From Chiloscyllium plagiosum (Eukaryota), in contig NC_057755.1 of assembly GCF_004010195.1 (NCBI RefSeq), forward strand, positions 241,751-287,127: a stretch of DNA of 45,377 bases, read 5' to 3'. The notes below the pieces were generated by a model. That model was not told the DNA's origin, searched no databases, and worked only from the letters and a program-made list of their open reading frames with translations. Positions 36,890 to 45,377 of the stretch are shown piece by piece (the first letter of the stretch is position 1; every line of letters starts with the position of its first letter). A program made the position numbers and the translations under genes.

Positions 36890-38125
36890 TGAAATGGGGG
36901 TGGGGATGGGGGAGTGCAATAGTTAAAGAACACTGAGGAAAGAGAGAGGGTTCAATACAGATAGAGAGGGGGCTAAATTTGTAATAGGGAGAGAATTCAA
37001 TAGAGAATAATGGGAAAGGATTAAATAGAAAATAGGAGAGAATTAAGTAGAGAGTAATATGGAGAAACTGAATACTGGAAAGAAGGGTGGGTTAAAGACA
37101 AAAAAGAAAGAGGATTTAACAGAAATTAATAGGAGAAGAAGTATATGAGGAATAAAAGGGAGTGACCTGATTACGGGGACACAGGGAAAAGGTTAATACA
37201 TGGGAAGCTGTAGGGAATGTAATGAGGTCAGCCAAGTGGATCTTATGTAATATGAGTTCCCTGATTGGGGCTGTTCACCTGGTACAATTACTGAGTCCTG
37301 GCTGACAGATATAAACTGGAGTGTCAGGGGTTCTGCTCACTCCCGGAAACAGCATTGTGCTTGCTGGGCCGGTCCCATGTATTATGCAAGTGTAAATGCC
37401 GTGTGACTTGATGATGGGTTACCACCTTTGTGGAATTTGAGAGGATATAATGCAGAAGAATGGGGAGAGTGTTGAATACAATGGAGAAAAATGAGTGTTC
37501 ACTTAAGGAGAATAGTGAGGGGAGTTAACACAGAGTAATAGAAAACAGACTGAATAGAGAGTAATACTGAGAGGGTTGTATACAGGACAGCAGCGACACT
37601 TTTAAATGCAAGGGAGCATAGAGGCTTAAGTACAGAGTGGTGAGGATTAAAGGAAAAACAATAGCAAGAGTGCTAATGAGAGAGTAGTTCGGAGAAAGTT
37701 GAATACAGAGTGAAGATTAATGATTGTCATGTGTGCGGTTTAAATAAAGTGGATGAAATGGAGAGTAATTCTGAGAAGCAGAAGTGGAAAGTATTACCTA
37801 CAGGATTGAACGGAGAGTAACAGGGAGAGGGTTGAATTCAAAGGAAGAGACCTGAGTAGCTACAAGGAAATAGAGAAAATCAAACACAGATAACTGTCGA
37901 GTAGAGTAAAGAATAATTGTGGAGGTTTAGTACTGACTAATAAGGAGAGGAATAAATGCAACGAAGTGAATACAGGAGATTGAATACAAATCAGGGCGGA
38001 AATAGAGAGAGAAAGTGAAAAACATAGTATTAGGGAGAGAATTAAACTGGATGAGAATGGATTGCATACAGAATATTATAGATATCTTTGGAATAGAGAA
38101 AGGATGAAATGCAGAGTAATAGAGA
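36890..38125. repeat. Purine-rich degenerate minisatellite (gagagggttgaatagagagtaata-like units)
   Basis: Recurring agagtaata, gagagggttg and gaatacag motifs; strong A/G strand bias. Confidence 0.65.
37218..37438 (+). mobile_element. Short solo LTR inserted in the purine-rich tract
   Basis: Starts TGTAATG; inverted CCAAT (gattgg) and TATA-like gatataaa; composition differs sharply from its flanks; 3' end eroded. Confidence 0.6.
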
Positions 38126-38555
38126 TGATTCCCAGCTTTAGTCAGTGTTGGGTGGAGGAACATTGCCTTCTGATGACCTATGAACAAACGGTCTCATCCC
38201 TTAAACTTCCCAAAAGTCAACATCGAGCCTTGCTCTCACCCTGTCCATTTCCACCAAGAGTTGCCTCCGTGTTGTATTGCCTCCCAGGATTACTTCTCTC
38301 CACCTCACCAACTATTCCTCATTCCCAATCCCATTGTCAATGAACTTCACACATATTTCCATTCCTCACAACTTCACTTTCCCCAGTTCCTTGTCTTTTA
38401 CAAGTCAAACAGTATCGACTGGCGTAATGCCCATCTGCTGTTCTTGCCCTCACATGAGAGGGGATGAATGGACTTTTACCATTCCTCTTTACCCTCTCAA
38501 AAATGAATTAAATTGCCTCATCCAATTCCCCTGTTAATGTTTCAAGAAGGGGCTT

Positions 38556-38877
38556 TGTTTTTACTTATTCAGGAGATGAGGGCATGGCCGTTGAGCGCCA
38601 GCATGTATCACCCATTCCTAATTGCCTACAGGGCAGCTAAGTGTCAACCACATTGTCGTGGGTCTGGAGTCACATGTAGTACTCAACAGGGAATGACGTC
38701 ATTTTGCCTCTCCAAAGGGCATAAGTGAAAAGACAATCAGTCATCATTAATCTCTTCAATTCCAGACTTTTATTGAATTTACATACCGGCTTCTGCTGTG
38801 TCCAGGTCCCCAGAACCTTACCTGGGTCTCTGGATTGATTGACAGTCCAGTGATAATCCCACTAGGCCATTGCCTCC
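38556..38877 (-). mobile_element. tRNA-derived SINE
   Basis: Minus strand begins ggaggcaaTGGCCTAGTGG (A box, 38859-38869); body catgtgactccagaccca; ends gaataagtaaaaacaa. Confidence 0.75.
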
Positions 38878-39019
38878 ACCTGCTGAACACGCTCCTCCAA
38901 TGTAACAGGCTGGAGAAGGGACTGACCAACACCAAAAGAATTGCGGATGCTGTAAATCAGAAACAAAACCAGAAATTGCTGTACATTCAAACAATTCATT
39001 ATTTGCATTGATATGCTAC

Positions 39020-39225
39020 CTCGTCGCAATCTGATGCCCTGACAACCCCAGACCATTGCTTTCGCCAAAGTTCCATCTATGGACTCGGTTAGACCACTCC
39101 AACCCCGATAATGATACCATATAACGTCTTCCATCAGGCTGAAGGTCCAAAAGCATGAGCACACACGCAGGTTCAGGAACAGTTTCTATCCAGCCGTTAT
39201 TTCCCTATTGAATGGACTCTCTTGA
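39020..39225 (+). mobile_element. Rex1/Babar-type 3' fragment (paralog of 17012-17203)
   Basis: cttccatcaggc...ttcaggaacagtttctatccagccgttatt...gaatggactctc. Confidence 0.65.
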
Positions 39226-39329
39226 GACAGCTTGTGGTAAAAGGAAGAGACCAAACAATCTTTGGTTGTTTGTGATACCAGGCCTTGGGGCTAATTGTTG
39301 GATGAGTCTGTATTAAAAGGTTTTCTACT

Positions 39330-40135
39330 GACAGAGCGACAACCGGGAAGAAAGTCCTGAGAATCAGCAAATCATTTTATGCCAGTCTATATGTCACGAA
39401 GTGCACCGACAGCGCGGCCTCCCAGTTGTCCCTGTCCTGTATCACGTAGATCTTAGACGACAGCAGATGGCAGAGTCTGCAACAGCAGTTACCTCTGGAG
39501 TAGCTGCCAAAGGCCCTCAACTCCTTAGAAGAGGAAATTTCCAAATTTCCAAATGTGGCGGCTTACCCATCTGAGTTGTTTTCACCTTTGTGCCACTCAG
39601 TTGGCCTGGACCTTCTGGAACTGGACAACAGCATGCTTCAAACAGGTGCCCTGTGCGAATTCAACAGGAAATTTATCACCCCTCTCATATACAATTAGAA
39701 GTGGGTGAGGGAGGACTGACGACCGGTTTCACTGCTAAATGACGTTTACAGAATCCTGCCTGAGATCATTGCCAACAAGGTCAGGTCTGTTCTAGGATCA
39801 GTAATTCACCCCGACCAAACCTGTGCTGTACTTGGCTGGATGAACTATGAGAGCCAAGAGCTCCTCAGCGATAGAATTGTCTAAGTGTGGGATAATGAAG
39901 TTGGAATGCTGCCTTGTCAGCCTGGACCAGGAGAAGGCCTTTGAAAGGAAATCCCACACTAACAAGTGAGACCTACTTTCCCCATTTGGCTTTAGGGACG
40001 AGATATGCAATTGGATTGGACTGATGGGCACCAACAGCGTTAGTGTTGTCTCAGTAAATGGGTGGGAATCAGAAAGATTTCCGAACTGTCCTGGAATCAG
40101 GCAGCGCTGCCCATTTTCACCTTTCCTGTTGATTA
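39330..40135 (+). mobile_element. Tx1/L1-clade LINE RT fragment (paralog of 17865-18625)
   Basis: RPVSLLNDVYRILPEIIANKVRSVLGSVIHPDQTCAV; CLVSLDQEKAFER; GIRQRCPFSP. Confidence 0.82.
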
Positions 40136-40204
40136 TTGTAGAGTTGACTGAATTAATGTTATTCATTAAGATGTTTCTTCTCGTTAGCCATTGCTTATCC
40201 AATG

Positions 40205-40426
40205 CGAAAGTGAGGACTGCAGACGCTAGAGATCACAGTCGAGAATGTCGTGCTGGAAAAACACAGCAAAACTGGCAGCATCCAAGGAGCAGGAGAATCG
40301 ACGTTTCAGGCATAAGCCATTCATCGAGAATGAACTCTTTCCTGATGAAGGGCTTCTCTCCAAAACGTTGATTCTCCTGCTCCTCAGATGCTACAAGACC
40401 TACTGTGCTTTTCCAGCACCACATTC
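40205..40426. mobile_element. Palindromic Penelope-terminus-derived insertion with two opposed decayed hammerhead motifs
   Basis: Arms about 40242-40330 and 40339-40426 are imperfect reverse complements; flanks tatccaatg (40196-40204) and tatccactg (40427-40435); empty site tatccactg at 18695-18703. Confidence 0.85.
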
Positions 40427-43089
40427 TATCCACTGTGCTATCAATTCATAAACGCCCATTTATGCATCAATTCCTTCTTGTACCCTGTATTTCAGGGCCC
40501 AGAGTTTCAAATTCAATTTGTTCATTCTCCAACTAATTTGAGAATTTTGTGTTCATACATCCCATACATAATACTACCCAATTATGTCCGTAATTTTGGA
40601 GAAAATATAATTACTGCATGATTACATCTATGCTTTTGTCTTAATTCAATGGTGCAAGATGTGATAAATTACACCTTTCAATGTGCATTGTGGCTTTAGG
40701 TACTTGGGCAGTTGCGCACAAATCAAAATATTGATCTATTCTTTCAGTCTGTTTGTGAAAAAGAATCTCTCACATCATCGTAAATATAAAATAATAAAAA
40801 AGTTAGGATTCCACCGTAACTGCATCACTTGATGCATATGTTATTGAGGATCGCCCAAAAATCAACAAGTAACATGCTGCAAAGAACTCTGTCCCCAAAT
40901 CTGTGAGGCACAGGAGGGATGCATGTGATGCTGAAGACTAGGATTCAGAAGCACAACATCTTCAGCGATCCAAAATGTGATTCTGTTGTTTTTCTCTTTC
41001 ACTCATAGCTTGTCTACTTTCCGTGGCCAGCTTCATTTCCCTCTTAACTGAGTTTGTTACCATACTCCCAACCCTCTGACAGGTCTGATTAATAATTCCC
41101 CAACAGTAGCATGCCTTCCCATCTGGGTAGCGATCCCCATCCAATTAAATGAAAACAAACACAATGTGTTAAGATCGCCCCAGCCTGAGAACCATTTCCA
41201 ATAATTGAGACATTAAAAGCCCTTCCTCCTGGAATCAGTGTATCCAGCCACACATTCTTTGCCTAATGAGTACTCGGCGTCACTCATTGATCAACTGCTC
41301 AATTTCTTGCCTGATTTGCTCATTTCTATTTTCACGAACTCATTGCTATTTGTCTTGGCAAAAAGCCTGGCTGATTCTAAAGGGTGAATGTCAGGGGTAA
41401 CTGAATACATGACTTAGTGAGAGGGTACTTTTAAATAAATGGTGATTAATAACAAGATGCAAGACTCTGAAGTGTTATTTTGCCACCAAACATTATTTGT
41501 CCCAATGTAGACCAAGACCTCGGCCTTTTCACTTTCCAAATGTTCTTGCTCCCACTCCTGTCCCACCCACAGTCCAGCCCTTCCCCAAATATGTACTGAC
41601 GTTGTTCTGAAACGTACTTGAGTTTGGAAAACTGTTGAGGCAATTTCTCATCCTGGATTCTGTCATGTCAGGACTGATATTCTTGAAAACGTTAGTCAGC
41701 AATTTCAGGTTTGTCCCCTGTTGTCACTTGATGTTAACACAGCAGACGCTTGAATTTATCGAAAGGAAAATCAGCAAAGTGTGGGGACTGGGGATTCCAT
41801 GTCCATTTGAGTGCAGCATCGATTGACCAGAATGATAGCTGGCAAGCCACGGCTCAATATTTAGGGGCTGAAACGACACAAACACCGGGTTGTATTCCTG
41901 AAATTCAGAAAGAGTTGAGTAGAGTAAGTTTTTGAAGGGAATAATGGAAACCGCTGGCATTGAATGGACAAAAAGCCTTCTTGTTGCCTTTTAATTTAAG
42001 GCAAGGATAAAAATTTAGAAATTTTATGAGACCTGAAATCTTTCCAAGGCTGAAATGAAGGGAGAATGCCTCACATTTCTGAACAATATGTTGCTCAGGC
42101 TATGACATGCTCACTCACAATGAACCTACCCTTCCTTTTATCAGCATTCCCATGTCTTCCTTGTCTTTTACTGTCTCACCTAACATTGTGCTACCAGCAA
42201 ACCTAACACACGATCCCATTGTGTTAGTCATTGATTGAGATTATAACGACTGTGTCTCAAGCAAAGATCTGCAAACACCAGCCTGAGAACATGAAAATGA
42301 AATGTTGTTCCCAGTCTGTGTTTTCTCTCGTTTAGCAGTCCTCACACGAAGATACATTTCCCCATCATTACAGGACAATATTGACTACCGCTCAAACATT
42401 TCAGGAAGTTGACAACTCTGCATCGCTATGTATTCAACTCCCTTCCTGGCCTTACCTCCACTTCTCCATTCAAACTATTCCATCACTTCATTGGTCAGCT
42501 ATCTTAGGTCTCTTCACTGCACATGTACAGTACACCTAGGGAAACAAAGAATGACTCAACTGTGTCTGCTGCCTGTGTGCCGCAGTGTCAGCTCAAAAAT
42601 ATCTCCAAGACCATCTCATTCTGCTAGGCGGATTCGTATTGACTGGAGCTTATGTAAACTTTGAGGATCAAACTCAGTTAGGACGAAAATGAAGCTGGCC
42701 ACAAGAAATAGAAAATCCGTAAGTGAAAGGGAAAGGCAACAAAAACCATTTTGCTTCATAATCCTAGTGTTATGGATCAAACAATTCCCGTGAATTCCCC
42801 ACAAATTCAGGGACAGTGGTCTTTCGGGACCCTTCCATTCTGAAATTGAGGAGATCCTCAATAATAGATGTGTTAGGTGGCACAGTTACTGTCAAAAGCT
42901 TACGTCTGTTATTTAATATTTGTAATGATACGTGTGTTACTGACACAGAAGTACCACATTGAAAAAAAAGCTTACCACATTTCACAGCATTAAATTGATA
43001 CAAGAGCACAGATGCAAGCATGTAGCGGCTTAATATATTTTCTCCAAAAAACTACACATACAATGTAATAGAATAATTTTAACAATGTA

Positions 43090-43200
43090 AAGACGAATCT
43101 CGATTATCCGGCTTTCGATTATCCAAATATTGGATTATCTGGCAAGATCGCAAGGCCCCAGTGCTTGGCTGAATTATGTTATCCAACATTCGATTATCTA
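43090..43200. mobile_element. Probable Tc1/mariner (Tigger/pogo-like) MITE terminal fragment
   Basis: Repeated tcgattatcc/ggattatc motifs typical of Tigger-like TIR regions; no partner TIR seen. Confidence 0.45.
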
Positions 43201-43569
43201 TGGAAAACTAAGGACACAATGCAATATCAAGATTTAACAATCTGTATAGGGGATGGGTGCTCATAAATTGTTTATAAAGGTGAAGATTGAAGAAATTGAG
43301 TCAAAAACTCATGTCTTGAATATAAATAATGAATTGATGTGTAATTGTACAATGATGATTAAAGAACCTTAGTAAAGATGTTCTCAGTGAAAAAATATTG
43401 GCTAAAGAGGAAGAAACGCCTGAATGAATGACAACCATTATTCAGGTGCCTTCTGGTCAACAGCAGAACAAGAAAGTGAGAATGGGACTCCGAATTTGAT
43501 CAAGAAGCTTTCTGATTCTCAACTTTTGATTGAGGCTGCACTAATGACGTTACTGTAGAGCAATTGTGC

Positions 43570-43890
43570 TGATTCGCGTTTTCCCTTTCCAAAGCCAATT
43601 TTAGAGATCACATCGCACACCGTAGGTGAGTGATATGCCGCATCCTGGTCCTGGCTGGTGAGGCAGGCTTCCATCTTCCCCTGTGCTGCACATAGGCGAT
43701 CGTATCGCAAAGGTGTGTGAGGCACTCAGGATATTCCTGACAGGTACAGATAAGGTTTATTCGGGTAAATCACTGATTACAAAGCAGGCATTATCTGGTT
43801 GGCGATGACCTTAGACAGGATTTTTTATTCTATACTCACCAATGAAACCGGTCATCAGTCGTCTCTATCCCCTTTCTGATTGTACTTGGT
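43570..43890 (-). mobile_element. Tx1/L1-clade LINE RT fragment
   Basis: Minus strand RPVSLVS...KILSKVIANQ...SVIYP; DTIAYVQ; ACLTSQDQDAAY; SKIGFGKG. Confidence 0.7.
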
Positions 43891-44494
43891 GGGGATGGAT
43901 GATTTCACTTCATCATCATTCAGCCCTTGCTGTCCATCTATCATTCTGATCAATCGATGCTACACTCGAATGGACATGGCCTCCCAACACAACAATTTTT
44001 AAAAATTTTATTTCCCCTAATTATAACTACAGTTTGTTTCTGCCTGAACATCAATTAGCAGCAATGGACAAAGCTAAAATGACTGAATCTTTCAGAATCA
44101 TCAGTCCTGACTTGACAGGGACCAAGATGGTGTCTTGCCTCAACAGTGACGACGGTCGAGAACGTCACAGAAAAAATTCAACACATTTTCACGGCGGGTG
44201 GAACAGGGGTGGGAGCAGGAAACTGTGGAAAAGGAAGAGCCGGATGTCCTGGTCCACACTGGCAACAACCCTTCAGTGTCAGGCATCCTAACATTAATAA
44301 CCACTTATTTACATATGCATGGCTTTCGACAGTAGGCTTTCACTGAGTCAGGTATTCAGTGTCTCAATATCATTGACATTCAAAGTTGAGAATCCGCAAG
44401 GTCTCCCTGAATGGCACAGGCTAACAGGGATTGCATATCCAATAAGGTCCAGCTATACAATCTCATGAGAATCATTAGCAGGAGAGAAAAAAAA

Positions 44495-45377
44495 AATGAG
44501 TTTCTGAAAGTAGAAATTAGCAAATCGGGCAAGAAATTTAAAAACTGATCCACGGGTGATTCTGAGTGCTCATGTGGCTACTAACATTGGTTCCAGAATG
44601 AAGGGTTTGGAACGTCTCAATTATTGGAAATGTGTCTTAGGCTGGGGCTGCCTGAATACGTTGTGTTTGTTTTGTTTTAATTGGATGGGGATTGCTACCG
44701 AGCTGGGGAGACATGTCGTTGGGAAATAATTAATCAGACCAGTCAGAGCGTTTGGAATCTGGGATAAAACTGAGTTCGGATCGAAATGACTCTGGCAACG
44801 GGAAGTAGACAATCTGGGAGTGCAAGAGAAAAACAACAAAATCACATTCTGGATCACTTAAGATGTTGTGCTACTGAATCCTAGCGTTCGGCTTCAAACA
44901 ATTTCCTCCCGTGCCTCACACATTTAGTGACAGAGTTCTCAACATCGCATTACTTTTTGAGGTTCGAGAGTTTCTCAATAAAACATGCGTTAAGTGAGGC
45001 ACTTCAGTTTGAAATCGAACTTTTAAAAAAGATTGTTTTCATTACGGTGTGCGAGATATTTGTTCAGAAACAGGCTGAAAGAATATATCAATATCTTGAA
45101 CTGTTCACAACCGCCAAATATCCACACGTCACGATGCACTTTGAAAGGACTAATTTATTGTATCTCGCAGAATTGGATTGACAGAAGAGCACCGATGCAA
45201 GCATGAAGTAATTGGTTTTATTTTCATCAAGCGTTACGGACACAATGAGATAAATTTACGTCACACTATTATTGTATTTGGGAAGAATGATTGTAAAATG
45301 CTCAATTTGTTCATTCAGATGGAAAATGACGAAATTGAATTTGAAACCCAGAGCCCGAAATCTAAATAAAGAGAACA
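44495..45377 (-). repeat. Inverted third copy of the unit-end block (18745-19025 plus 20525-21118; 40480-41345)
   Basis: Reverse complement reads tctctttatttagatttcgggctctg...aataaattagtcctttc...ttgtctacttcccgt...ggtctgattaa...ttgcccgatttgctaatttc, collinear with both + copies. Confidence 0.9.

Noticed and set aside
38800..38877. tRNA gene
   Set aside because: Only the A box is clear, the B box is eroded, and it continues into a SINE body and tail
41400..43080. Possible further TE fragments or exons in the spacer
   Set aside because: No motif, ORF or in-window homology that I could support
43098..43200. CRISPR-like or regulatory repeat array (tcgattatcc)
   Set aside because: Irregular spacing, very short units and a eukaryotic context; a DNA-transposon terminus fits better

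Overview
Eukaryotic, repeat-dense scaffold with a 704-N gap at 25644-26347. Its repeat set (CR1, Rex1/Babar and Tx1 LINEs, Penelope-like elements, solo LTRs, a tRNA-derived SINE) and its receptor family point to a cartilaginous fish, probably a shark (inference). The only host gene content is a tandem array of GPR139/GPR142-like class A GPCR terminal coding exons on the + strand. One exon is open (10550-11424) and three are broken (1449-1747, 3888-3951, 32755-33691). All four lie behind a conserved splice acceptor, and no first exon could be found. The exons sit in duplicated units (about 4.8-21.1 kb and 27.0-41.3 kb, two collapsed units in 0-4.8 kb, and the tail of an inverted unit at 44.5-45.4 kb). 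Shared and unit-specific TE insertions allow the duplications to be ordered. Short palindromic Penelope-end insertions with decayed hammerhead-ribozyme motifs occur, two of them with target-site duplications and matching empty sites in the window. TE family calls come from motif recognition by eye and boundaries are approximate.
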